Shown piece by piece: positions 9,830 through 18,488 of a stretch of DNA of 64,000 nucleotides. Made by a program: the position numbers and the translations under genes. The DNA comes from Oscillospiraceae bacterium (GTDB lineage Bacteria > Bacillota > Clostridia > Oscillospirales > Ruminococcaceae). Every line of letters starts with the position of its first letter. Positions within the stretch are counted from its first letter, which is position 1. The stretch is from positions 18,543-82,542 of the forward strand of contig JAGAJN010000038.1 of the NCBI GenBank assembly GCA_017828975.1, given 5' to 3'. The notes below the pieces were generated by a model, which searched no databases, had not been told where the DNA came from, and worked only from the letters and a program-made list of their open reading frames with translations.

Positions 9830-10426
9830 GTGCTTCATACGAATATGGCAGTGATCGTCGAGGGAAAATATGATAAGATCAAGCTTTCCTCGGTAATTGA
9901 TGCTGTAATTATCCCCACAAATGGGTTTCGAGTTTTCAAGGACAAAGAAAAAATGGAACTCATACGATATTACGCTTCGGGAGCGGGCATAATAATTCTT
10001 ACCGACTCAGATTCGGCGGGATTCAAAATACGAAATTACATTAAAGGCTCTGTGGGAAATGCACGTATATTCAACGTTTATATTCCCGATATTTACGGAA
10101 AGGAACGGCGCAAGACCGAATATTCCAAGGAGGGCAAGCTGGGGGTCGAGGGTATGGACGAGGACGTTCTTATCGAAGCCTTCAAGAGATCGGGGATAGA
10201 TTTTTCCGATGAACCCCGCCGCCGCAGAGATATTACAAAGATGGACCTTTTCGAGGACGGACTTTCGGGCGGCGCAAACAGCTCGGAAAAACGGGCGGAG
10301 CTTCTGAAGCTCCTCGGTCTGCCCGAACTGCTCACCGCAAACGCTATGCTGGAGGTCCTGAACGCTATGCTCACAAGAGAGCAGTATAAGCAGGCTGTCA
10401 GCCAATTAGGGAAAACTGATGAATAA
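9830..10426 (+). CDS. Toprim domain protein (RNase M5-like / DUF4093-like)
   Basis: AVIVEGKYDKIKL ... IIILTDSDSAGFKIR are Toprim E and DxD motifs. Start set to the GTG at 9830, 6 nt after GGGAGGAG. The ORF-track extension from 9704 overlaps holA. Confidence 0.6.
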   Translation: MLHTNMAVIVEGKYDKIKLSSVIDAVIIPTNGFRVFKDKEKMELIRYYASGAGIIILTDSDSAGFKIRNYIKGSVGNARIFNVYIPDIYGKERRKTEYSKEGKLGVEGMDEDVLIEAFKRSGIDFSDEPRRRRDITKMDLFEDGLSGGANSSEKRAELLKLLGLPELLTANAMLEVLNAMLTREQYKQAVSQLGKTDE

Positions 10427-10435
10427 GGAGAAGCT

Positions 10436-11839
10436 ATGGTTTTTTCAAGTTTAGTCTTTCTGTTTTACTTTCTTCCCGTTGTAATGATACTGTATTTTTT
10501 CTCGCCGACTAAGGTGAGAAATGTTATTATTCTGATTTCGGGAATAATCTTTTACGCCTGGGGAGAGCCGTTCTATATTCTGATAATGCTGCTGTCTACC
10601 GCTATTGACTATACGGCAGGACGTATGCTCGACAAATTCGATGGCAATGAAAAGCTTCGCAGGCTGTTTCTGATAATCTCCGTATGTATGAACGTGGGAC
10701 TTCTCAGTGTTTTCAAATACGGCAGCTTTATTATCACCAATATCAACGGGCTGCTGGGAACGAATATTTTTGACCCGAAGCTGCCTTTGCCCATCGGAAT
10801 TTCCTTTTACACCTTCCAGTCAATGTCCTACACCATTGACCTGTATTTGCGGAATATAAAGGTACAGAAGAATTTTTTCAGCTTTGCGGCGTATGTTACG
10901 CTGTTCCCGCAGATAGTTGCAGGTCCTATTGTCCGTTATGAGGACGTTGCCAAGGAGATAGACGACCGCACGGTGAATATCGGCAAAGTCAGTCAGGGCA
11001 TAGGCACATTCCTGAAAGGTCTCGGAAAAAAGGTCATTCTTGCAAACAATATCGGACTTGTATGGTCTGAGGTCAAAGCTATGGATTATTCGCAGCTGCC
11101 TGTGCTTACTGCATGGATAGGAATTCTTGCATTTGCATTTCAGATATATTTCGATTTTTCGGGATATTCCGATATGGCTGTGGGTCTGGGAAAGATGCTT
11201 GGCTTCAATTTTCCGAAGAACTTCGATCACCCGTACATTTCCAAAAGCGTTTCGGAATTCTGGAGAAGGTGGCACATCACTCTCGGTTCATGGTTCCGTT
11301 CATATGTGTATATCCCCCTTGGCGGAAATCGCTGCGGAACGTTGAAAACTCTGCGAAATCTGCTGATAACGTGGGCGCTGACGGGCTTATGGCACGGTGC
11401 TGACTGGAACTTTATCATCTGGGGACTGTATTTCGGAATTCTGATAATAATCGAGCGTATCGGGTTCGGAAAGGTGCTGGAGAAGCTGCCATCGCCCATT
11501 AGTATGCTGTACACCTTTTTGATAGTTGTGATAGGCTGGGTTTTCTTTGATATTGAGGGATTTATGCCTGCTGTACGCTATCTGGGGGCAATGTTCGGCG
11601 CAAGCGGTATTGGCTTTGACAGTCATTCGCTTTATCTGCTCATTTCCAATGCGGCGATATTTGCCATATGTATTTTCGGTTCAACGGATCTGTTCGATTT
11701 TTACAGGGACAAGCTCAGGACGAAAAAGCCCGAAGCTGCGAAGGCTGTCACACCTGTTCTGCAGTTGGCAGTCCTTGTGCTTTGCACGGCGTATCTTACC
11801 GATGCAAGCTACAATCCGTTTCTTTACTTTAAATTCTAG
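10436..11839 (+). CDS. MBOAT family O-acyltransferase (AlgI/DltB-like)
   Basis: 467-aa polytopic protein with the RRWHITLGSWFRSYVYIPLGG motif carrying the conserved MBOAT His. Confidence 0.9.
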   Translation: MVFSSLVFLFYFLPVVMILYFFSPTKVRNVIILISGIIFYAWGEPFYILIMLLSTAIDYTAGRMLDKFDGNEKLRRLFLIISVCMNVGLLSVFKYGSFIITNINGLLGTNIFDPKLPLPIGISFYTFQSMSYTIDLYLRNIKVQKNFFSFAAYVTLFPQIVAGPIVRYEDVAKEIDDRTVNIGKVSQGIGTFLKGLGKKVILANNIGLVWSEVKAMDYSQLPVLTAWIGILAFAFQIYFDFSGYSDMAVGLGKMLGFNFPKNFDHPYISKSVSEFWRRWHITLGSWFRSYVYIPLGGNRCGTLKTLRNLLITWALTGLWHGADWNFIIWGLYFGILIIIERIGFGKVLEKLPSPISMLYTFLIVVIGWVFFDIEGFMPAVRYLGAMFGASGIGFDSHSLYLLISNAAIFAICIFGSTDLFDFYRDKLRTKKPEAAKAVTPVLQLAVLVLCTAYLTDASYNPFLYFKF

Positions 11840-11849
11840 GAGGTAGCGT

Positions 11850-13007
11850 ATGAAAGATAATAAAAAGAAACGTCCCCTTGACGTATATTCCATAGTTACC
11901 TCTGTACTGTTTTTCGGATTTATCGTTGTTTTTGCGCTGCTGACGATTTTCCTTCCCAAAGAGAAAAAATCTGAGCTGGAAAACAGAAATCTTGCATCAT
12001 TTCCCAAGGCAAATATTGATGACATCAAGAGTACGGAGTTTATGACAGACATTGAAACCTATATCTCCGACCATTTTGCCGCAAGAGTGCCGTTTCTGAA
12101 GCTTAAAGGCTTTTCCGAAAGACTTCTGGGAAGAAGCGAGCGCAACGATGTTTTCATCACCGAGAATATGCTTATGGAAAAGGTACCCGAGCCCGATTAT
12201 ACGTCAATTGACAAGTCTGTTGCTGCAATAAATAAGTTTGACGAGGGGATAGATGCGCAGGTATTTATGATGCTTGTTCCCACAGCGGCGGCGATATATC
12301 CCGACAAGCTGCCGAGCTATGCACCCTCTGCGGACCAGAAGCAGCTTATTGACTATGTTTACGGAAATCTCAGCAGCAGTATTATTCCCATAGATGCGTA
12401 TTCCGCTATGCAGAACAGTTCGTCGGAATATATCTATTATCGTACAGACCACCACTGGACAAGCCTTGGCGCATACTGTGCATATAATGCGGCGGGCAAA
12501 AAAATGGGCTATTCTCCGCTTCCGAGGGACAGCTTCGACATTCAGCACGCAAGCAGCGATTTCCTGGGAACGCTTTACTCAAAGACCTTGTACGACGGCT
12601 GCGAACCTGATGTTATCGACTACTGGTTCGGCGAAAACGGCGAAAATATCCTCTCTATGGAGGTCAACACGGGTATGGAGGTCAACACCTACAACAGCCT
12701 TTATATGCGTGAGTTTCTGTCTGTCAAGGACAAATATGCTTCATTTACGGGAACAAATCAGCCGCTTATCAAGATAAAGACAGGCTGCACAGACGGTCCT
12801 CGGCTGCTGGTCATCAAGGACTCCTATGCGCACTCCTTTGTGCCGTTTCTTGCAAACAATTACTCGGAGATAACGATGATAGATATGAGGTACATTCAGA
12901 CTTCCTATAAAAGCATTGTGAACCCCGAGGATTTTGACCAGGTGCTTATTCTTTACAATGTTTCCGGATTTATTACCGATGCGAATATTCCTAAGCTGAA
13001 ATATTAA
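11850..13007 (+). CDS. DHHW family protein (AlgJ/AlgX-like extracytoplasmic O-acyl transfer partner)
   Basis: N-terminal TM anchor and the literal DHHW motif (YYRTDHHWTSLGAY). It starts 10 nt after the MBOAT gene. Confidence 0.85.
   Translation: MKDNKKKRPLDVYSIVTSVLFFGFIVVFALLTIFLPKEKKSELENRNLASFPKANIDDIKSTEFMTDIETYISDHFAARVPFLKLKGFSERLLGRSERNDVFITENMLMEKVPEPDYTSIDKSVAAINKFDEGIDAQVFMMLVPTAAAIYPDKLPSYAPSADQKQLIDYVYGNLSSSIIPIDAYSAMQNSSSEYIYYRTDHHWTSLGAYCAYNAAGKKMGYSPLPRDSFDIQHASSDFLGTLYSKTLYDGCEPDVIDYWFGENGENILSMEVNTGMEVNTYNSLYMREFLSVKDKYASFTGTNQPLIKIKTGCTDGPRLLVIKDSYAHSFVPFLANNYSEITMIDMRYIQTSYKSIVNPEDFDQVLILYNVSGFITDANIPKLKY
12657..12692 (+). repeat. in-frame 18-bp tandem duplication inside the DHHW gene
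   Basis: ATGGAGGTCAACAC occurs at 12657-12670 and again at 12675-12688 (period 18 bp). It encodes MEVNTG-MEVNTY. Confidence 0.9.
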
Positions 13008-13020
13008 TTTGAAATTAAAC

Positions 13021-13075
13021 CCGCTCCGATTTACTTTGGAATATTGTTTCCAATGAAAAATCGGGGCGGTTTTGC
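13021..13075 (+). terminator. rho-independent terminator after the MBOAT-DHHW pair
   Basis: CCCGCTCCGATTT at 13021-13033 pairs with AAATCGGGGCGG at 13059-13070. There is an inner TTGGAA/TTCCAA stem, and TTTT follows. Confidence 0.6.
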
Positions 13076-13343
13076 GTTTCAATGAATTTATGTCGGAAAA
13101 TGTCGCTGTGTCGCAGCTTTGAGAAGCGGCATAAAATGTATTGTGCGGACGGCGGTGACGGGGATAATACCAAACATCCATTAATCACGGGAATCTCTCG
13201 GCGCCAAAAACCATATACGCAAGTTTTTTACGCCGATTTCTTCTCAGTGATTTAAATGGTGTTTATTATACGCGGAAAGTGGTTAATCAATACCCTCAGA
13301 ATAGCTTCTGCGGCGTTTTCGCTGTCCGATTTTTATAGATACT

Positions 13344-13398
13344 GCCGCAGTTTCGGTAAATTGTTCTTTTCAGGGTGCCGAACTGCGGCATTTTTTTG
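13344..13398 (+). terminator. orphan rho-independent terminator with no annotated gene upstream
   Basis: TGCCGCAGTTTCGG at 13344-13357 pairs with CCGAACTGCGGCA at 13379-13391, followed by TTTTTTT. The loop is 21 nt, which is large. Confidence 0.5.
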
Positions 13399-13427
13399 CA
13401 TAATGTCAAAAATTCTGCTATGTTTAT

Positions 13428-13456
13428 TGACGTTTTCGATAAAATGTATTATAATA
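13428..13456 (+). promoter_or_regulatory. sigma-A promoter for rpe
   Basis: TTGACG at 13428-13433, 17-nt spacer, TATAAT at 13451-13456. Confidence 0.6.
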
Positions 13457-13492
13457 GTAATTGTATAACTGATGAAAAAGAGGGCATTTGCT

Positions 13493-14143
13493 ATGAATAA
13501 AACTATCGTGTCTGCGTCAATACTCAGCGCCGATCTTACGGCACTTGGGGCTGACCTGAAAAAATGCGCCGAAAACGGTGTTGACTGGGTACATTTCGAT
13601 GTTATGGACGGCGTTTTTGTGGATAATATCAGCTACGGTATCCCCGTACTTGAGTCGGTGAATAAGGCAACGGATATGTTCCTTGATGTCCACCTGATGA
13701 TAACCGACCCTTACAAGTATGTGGACGCCTTTGCAAAGGCGGGCGCCGATATGATAACCTTCCATCTTGAAAGCAGCTCGGACGCTGATAAGACCATCGA
13801 GCTTATCCGCAGCAAGGGGCTGAAGGCGGGTATTGCCGTTCGTCCCAAAACACCGGTGGAGGAGCTGGTGCCGTTTTTCGGAAAGGTTGATATGTTCCTT
13901 GTAATGACCGTTGAGCCGGGCTTCGGCGGTCAGGGCTTTATCCCCGAAACGCTGGACAAGGTCGCACAGCTGAGAAAGCTGCTCAGCGAAAAGGGACTTG
14001 ATACCATTATCCAGACAGACGGCGGTATCAACGGAAAAACCGCTCCCGCCGTAAGAGAAGCCGGCTGTGACTGTCTTGTTTCGGGCTCATATCTGTTCAA
14101 GGCTGAAAATATGAGCGATGCTGTAAAGATAATCAGAGGGTGA
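13493..14143 (+). CDS. rpe: ribulose-phosphate 3-epimerase
   Basis: HFDVMDGVFV and MTVEPGFGGQ motifs. Start set at MNKTIVSASIL after AGAGGG. Confidence 0.92.
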   Translation: MNKTIVSASILSADLTALGADLKKCAENGVDWVHFDVMDGVFVDNISYGIPVLESVNKATDMFLDVHLMITDPYKYVDAFAKAGADMITFHLESSSDADKTIELIRSKGLKAGIAVRPKTPVEELVPFFGKVDMFLVMTVEPGFGGQGFIPETLDKVAQLRKLLSEKGLDTIIQTDGGINGKTAPAVREAGCDCLVSGSYLFKAENMSDAVKIIRG

Positions 14144-14678
14144 GCTCCGACAGCTTTTTTACGGCATCTCCCGAGGTTATCAGTTCAAAATGCTCGGCTG
14201 TTTGGGCGGAAAGTGCTTCCGATTTCCCGAGATAGCTGCCGAATTCCCCGAATATCATTCTTGCGGCGGACAGCTTTGATGACGGCAGCCTTGCGGTCAG
14301 CCTGATCTTTCCGCTGCCGCAGTAAAGGGTTGTTTCCGTATCTCCGAAGGCTTTTCTGAATATTGCCGACATTTTTATCAGGTCGGAGATGCTTTCCGTT
14401 TCATAGACGGGACAGGCAGGCTCGCTCAGCGAAATGAAGCCTTCATCAAGGTCGGGGGCGGAGAGGTACATTATACAGCCGCCGTCGGGGGTGTCAAAGG
14501 CTTCGGCGCAGAGCCTTTCCTCGGAAAGGTCTATCCCTGTTTCGGACATTATCCCCGAAATGACAAATTCCACGAAAACAGGGGAGTCAACGTCATAATT
14601 ATCAATACCCAGAAGTTCAAAATCCTGCGGCGGAACTGTTACCTTCAAGGTTACGGAGCTTAGAATTTCGGTTTTCAT
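14133..14678 (-). CDS. MecA-like adaptor protein (tentative)
   Basis: 181 aa. The N-terminus MKTEILSSVTLKVTV...FELLGI and the C-terminus LYCGSGKIRL...FGEFGSYLG...EHFELI resemble the layout of MecA N- and C-domains. This is based on similarity by eye only. Confidence 0.4.
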   Translation of the reverse strand: MKTEILSSVTLKVTVPPQDFELLGIDNYDVDSPVFVEFVISGIMSETGIDLSEERLCAEAFDTPDGGCIMYLSAPDLDEGFISLSEPACPVYETESISDLIKMSAIFRKAFGDTETTLYCGSGKIRLTARLPSSKLSAARMIFGEFGSYLGKSEALSAQTAEHFELITSGDAVKKLSELTL

Positions 14679-14745
14679 CGCTGCGAACTATTCCCGAGGG
14701 GAATTTCTCCTTTCTTTATTCTTGATCACGAAAGGTTTTGCGGAA

Positions 14746-15795
14746 ATGTCAGACAATGTAAGTATCAGAACGGAACGTGAAAATCGTCCCGATTATATAT
14801 TTGTTTTAATAATTCTTGCAGGAATGAGCGTTTATTATTACGGTGCGAGAGCCGCTGTTGTAATAGGCGTTTCTGTGCTGTCCTGCTGTCTGACGGACTT
14901 TGTCTGCTGCAAGCTGAGAGGGCGTTCATCAAGGGCAAGCCTTGCTGACCTTGGAGCAGTAACAACAGGGCTGACGCTTGCGATGATGATGCCTGCTTCC
15001 GTGAGATATACGGTGCTGGCGGGGGCTGCTGTACTGTCCATAGTTATCGGGCGGTACATTTTCACCTTTAAGGACGGCAGGATATTCAACTGCGCCGCTA
15101 TCGGCTTTCTGATGATGGCACTCTCGTTTCCCGATACGGTGCTGACATATCCGAAGCCCTTTGTTTTCCCCGAGCTTGCAAATGATGTGACCGTAAATCT
15201 GGGACAGTCGCTGTCAAAAACGCTTACTCTGACCGATGACCCGTCCCTGACGCCCCTTGACCTGCTGACGGGACAGTATTACGGTCCCATGGGCGCCTGT
15301 CATATGCTGATACTTCTGGTATGTGCGGTTATTCTGGTCGGCAGACGGTCTGTTTCGGGACTGACGCTGTTCAGCGCTTCGGCGGTTCTGCTGACATTTA
15401 CATATTTCTATCACCCTTACGGACGGACACCTATAAGCGGAGTTCTGCTGACATATTGCAGCGGTATGCTGCTTTTCGGTCTGATATTTCTTGTGTGCGA
15501 CAGTTCGGCTGTTCCGAAAACACGGCTTGCAAGGTTTATTTACGGCTTGCTGGCGGGACTGTTCATCGTTGCTTTCAGATTTTACGGAAAGGCTGAAAAT
15601 GCGGTGGTTTACGCTGCTCTGGCTGTGTCGCCCCTCAGCGGGGAGATAGATTGTATGACAGATAATGCTAGAGAGCTGTTTGCCAGACTGTTTAGGTCCA
15701 AGAAGAATATCCCGCAGCAAAATGCCGAAAAGCTGCTGGAGGATATGCCTGTTATGCAGTTTACCATAGACGGAGGCGATGAAAATGAGCGATAA
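14746..15795 (+). CDS. RnfD/NqrB family membrane protein, divergent
   Basis: ADLGAVTTGLTLAMMMPASV...IFNCAAIGFLMMALSFP aligns by eye with RnfD (GDLSAVVTG..LAFNLPPSVP...FNPAL.AR.FL.ISFP). The flavinylation motif region reads TDDPSLTPLD. Confidence 0.75.
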   Translation: MSDNVSIRTERENRPDYIFVLIILAGMSVYYYGARAAVVIGVSVLSCCLTDFVCCKLRGRSSRASLADLGAVTTGLTLAMMMPASVRYTVLAGAAVLSIVIGRYIFTFKDGRIFNCAAIGFLMMALSFPDTVLTYPKPFVFPELANDVTVNLGQSLSKTLTLTDDPSLTPLDLLTGQYYGPMGACHMLILLVCAVILVGRRSVSGLTLFSASAVLLTFTYFYHPYGRTPISGVLLTYCSGMLLFGLIFLVCDSSAVPKTRLARFIYGLLAGLFIVAFRFYGKAENAVVYAALAVSPLSGEIDCMTDNARELFARLFRSKKNIPQQNAEKLLEDMPVMQFTIDGGDENER

Positions 15796-16387
15796 GGACA
15801 GCACCCGATATGAGGGATTGACCACGAAAAATGCGCTGTTTATAAGCGGTCTGGTAATTGCGCCCGCCGTGACCTATGCCACAAGCCTGAGGCACGGATT
15901 TATGCTGGCGGCAATGTTTACGGCTGTGACCTTTCTTTCGCTGCTGATCGCTTCCTTTGTCCCGAGAAATATAGTTTATGCAGTCCGCATAATATTATAT
16001 ACTTTTATTGCGGCGTTGGTGTATGTACCTGTTTATATCATCGCAAATCAGCTGTTTCCGTCCGATCTGGCTCAGATGGGAGTATTTGCGCCGCTGCTCA
16101 TTACCAATTCGTTTATCATATCCAAGTCGGAGGTAAAATTTTTCAGAGAAAAGCGCAGCAAAATGTTTACGGATATTATCTTTTATATCCTCGGATATGA
16201 TGTTGCCGTTATCTTATATTCGGCGGTTAGGGAACTGCTTTCGGGCGGCTCGCTGATGGGTTCTATCTACGGAATACCGACGGTGATGCCCATGTTTTCC
16301 ACAACGGCGGGAGGTCTTATCCTGCTGGGCTTTTGTGCCGCACTGTTCAGAGCCGTAATTCACGCTGCAGGGAGAAAAAGAGAATGA
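15779..16387 (+). CDS. RnfE/NqrD-like membrane protein, divergent
   Basis: ISGLVIAPAVTYAT and APLLITNSFIISKSE correspond to RnfE LLGLCPLLAVT and IPLIVTNCIVVGRAE, with both Cys replaced. An alternative start is the ATG at 15785. Confidence 0.7.
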   Translation: MKMSDKDSTRYEGLTTKNALFISGLVIAPAVTYATSLRHGFMLAAMFTAVTFLSLLIASFVPRNIVYAVRIILYTFIAALVYVPVYIIANQLFPSDLAQMGVFAPLLITNSFIISKSEVKFFREKRSKMFTDIIFYILGYDVAVILYSAVRELLSGGSLMGSIYGIPTVMPMFSTTAGGLILLGFCAALFRAVIHAAGRKRE

Positions 16388-16983
16388 GTATATTTCTGAG
16401 ATTAGTTGAGATAGCTTTTATCTCTATGATTGCCGAAAATGCCGTTTTTACCCGCTCGATAGGTATGAGCACCGCCCTTATGGTCGCAAAAAAACGCAGC
16501 CGTTTGCTGGGCTTCGGCATCTGCATAACATATATGACGACCATAACGGGAATAATAGATTACTTCCTCTTTTACTATCTGCCAAAAGGGGAATATGAGC
16601 CGCTTTATATGCCAATAGTGTTCATTGCCGTGCTCAGTCTTATTTACATTATCACGCTGCTGATGCTTTGGAAATTCAAGTATGATACCTTTGACGGGCT
16701 GAAAAAATATGTCCATATCTCGGCGTTTAACTGTGCCGTTTTCGGGATATTGTTTTTAAGCGTTGACAAATGCACATCTCCCGCAGATTTCGCAGTTTTC
16801 GGACTGTTTTCGGGACTGGGCTTTATGGCGGCGGCTTATATGACGGCAATTGTTTACGACAAGCTGTATTCCGACGAAATGCCTGCCTTTTTCAGGGGAT
16901 TTCCTGCACTTCTGATATATAACGGTATTCTGGCAATGGCTTGCTACGGTCTGACGGGACATCAGCTGACCTATGGCATCTGA
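16384..16983 (+). CDS. RnfA/NqrE-like membrane protein, divergent
   Basis: Its ATGA overlaps the preceding gene. SIGMSTALMVAKK corresponds to RnfA FLGLCPFMGVSKK, AFNCAVFG to TTNCAVLG, and MPAFFRGFPALLIYNGILAMACYGLTG to [27 protein letters not shown]. Confidence 0.7.
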   Translation: MSIFLRLVEIAFISMIAENAVFTRSIGMSTALMVAKKRSRLLGFGICITYMTTITGIIDYFLFYYLPKGEYEPLYMPIVFIAVLSLIYIITLLMLWKFKYDTFDGLKKYVHISAFNCAVFGILFLSVDKCTSPADFAVFGLFSGLGFMAAAYMTAIVYDKLYSDEMPAFFRGFPALLIYNGILAMACYGLTGHQLTYGI

Positions 16984-17015
16984 TAATCTGCAGGAAGGTT
17001 TGAAAGGAAAGATAT

Positions 17016-18245
17016 ATGAACAGAAAAGGCGGAATAAAGGTCTATCGTTCAAATAAGCGGAAGCATTACCGCAAACCCAAAACAAAGGGTCAGAAAATAG
17101 CCTCGTGGATAGCTGTCATTCTGATAATGGCTGTTCTTGTGTTTGTGGGTTACAGTATCTGCGACCCTGTTGTGAATTTCATAAACAGCTGGAAAAACAG
17201 GGACAATCTCACCATAGAGGACATAATTCCCGTTGAATCTCAGCAGTCTGAACCGGCAGAAACGGAGCAATCCTCTGTGTCCGAATCGGAAACAACGACG
17301 GCTGTTACCGAGCCTGTTTCCAATGAAAGCTACTATGCTTTGGAATTCAAGGCAGGGGAGATACTCACTGCAAAAGAACTTGGCAGCGCTGCGCAAAAGG
17401 CTTCCGAACAGGGCTGTACAGCTGCTGTTATTGAGCTTAAAGCGGCGGGAGGTGCGTTCTATTATCAGACCTATTCGGAGATCGCCGCACTCAGCGAAGG
17501 AAGCATAAAGTCCACAATGCCCGCACAGCAGCTTGCAATGACACTGAAAAGCATGGGCATAACTCCTATTGCAAGGATAAATCTGCTGAACGATAACAAC
17601 CGCTACGATTATCCCGACGGAACGAGAATTTGCTCCTACAAATTTGCTTCGGACAATTCAAACTGGCTGGATAACCGTCCCACCAACGGCGGAAAGCCCT
17701 GGCTGTCGCCCTTTGACACGGACACTCAGGAATATATCAGGTTTCTGGCTGACGAGATTTATTCGGCTGGCTTTGAGCTGGTCATCTGTGACGGCGTTAT
17801 TTTCCCGCCGTTCCATAACTCCGACCTTAACTATATCGGTGACATTGTAAAATCCGCTGACAGGTACAAAATACTGATAAATTCGGTGGACATTGTCAAA
17901 AAATCTGCCGATAAAGCGGGCGGGAAAACGGCGCTCAGCGTTTCTGCAAAGGACATCATAAACGGTACGGCAGAGGTTTTCAAGCCCGATGAGCTTACGG
18001 CAGACCTTATCTGTGTGGAATACTATCCGACGGATTTCGGCGGAACTATCGTTGTGGAAAACAGCGAGATAGACCTTTCAACCCTGTCGGAGGCGGAGAA
18101 GGCTGTTACGGTCATGAATGCTGTACGTTTGAAAGCGGGCAGTCTTGGAATTATCCCCGTGCTTCACGGTTCGGAGCCTTCTTCGGAAACGGCTTCGGCT
18201 CTGAAAAATGACGGATTTAAGACGATATTCTTTTCGCAGAGCTGA
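17016..18245 (+). CDS. membrane-anchored hypothetical protein, possibly a glycoside-hydrolase-like TIM barrel (DUF4015-like)
   Basis: Basic N-terminus plus one TM segment, then a Ser/Glu/Thr-rich linker and an about 300-aa domain (GCTAAVIELKAAGGAFYYQT). The family assignment is from memory. Confidence 0.4.
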   Translation: MNRKGGIKVYRSNKRKHYRKPKTKGQKIASWIAVILIMAVLVFVGYSICDPVVNFINSWKNRDNLTIEDIIPVESQQSEPAETEQSSVSESETTTAVTEPVSNESYYALEFKAGEILTAKELGSAAQKASEQGCTAAVIELKAAGGAFYYQTYSEIAALSEGSIKSTMPAQQLAMTLKSMGITPIARINLLNDNNRYDYPDGTRICSYKFASDNSNWLDNRPTNGGKPWLSPFDTDTQEYIRFLADEIYSAGFELVICDGVIFPPFHNSDLNYIGDIVKSADRYKILINSVDIVKKSADKAGGKTALSVSAKDIINGTAEVFKPDELTADLICVEYYPTDFGGTIVVENSEIDLSTLSEAEKAVTVMNAVRLKAGSLGIIPVLHGSEPSSETASALKNDGFKTIFFSQS

Positions 18246-18396
18246 TACCGAATTGTAATTTGATGCTGTTTTTCGGATATTTCGCTTTTGAGCTCTGTTA
18301 TTATGCCGATTTACAGACGTGAATTTTATTTAATCTGCCAAAAATAATTACATTTCGGTTTTAATGCGGATATTTTCACCCAATTATCAGATTTTG

Positions 18397-18405
18397 TGGT
18401 ATAAT
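18397..18405 (+). promoter_or_regulatory. extended -10 element upstream of the PBP gene
   Basis: TGgTATAAT at 18397-18405. No good -35 element at 17-nt spacing. Confidence 0.4.
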
Positions 18406-18488
18406 ATATATCATGTTCGGTTTATTTTGTGATCTCAAGGTGCGGCATTTTGCAGGACGCCTTGAATAATTTCAGGGAGGTTTTTCCT

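Noticed and set aside
13256-13468. 70-aa ORF in the DHHW-rpe spacer
   Set aside because: It runs straight through the terminator hairpin at 13344-13398 and the rpe promoter. It is hydrophobic and low-complexity and has no Shine-Dalgarno sequence.
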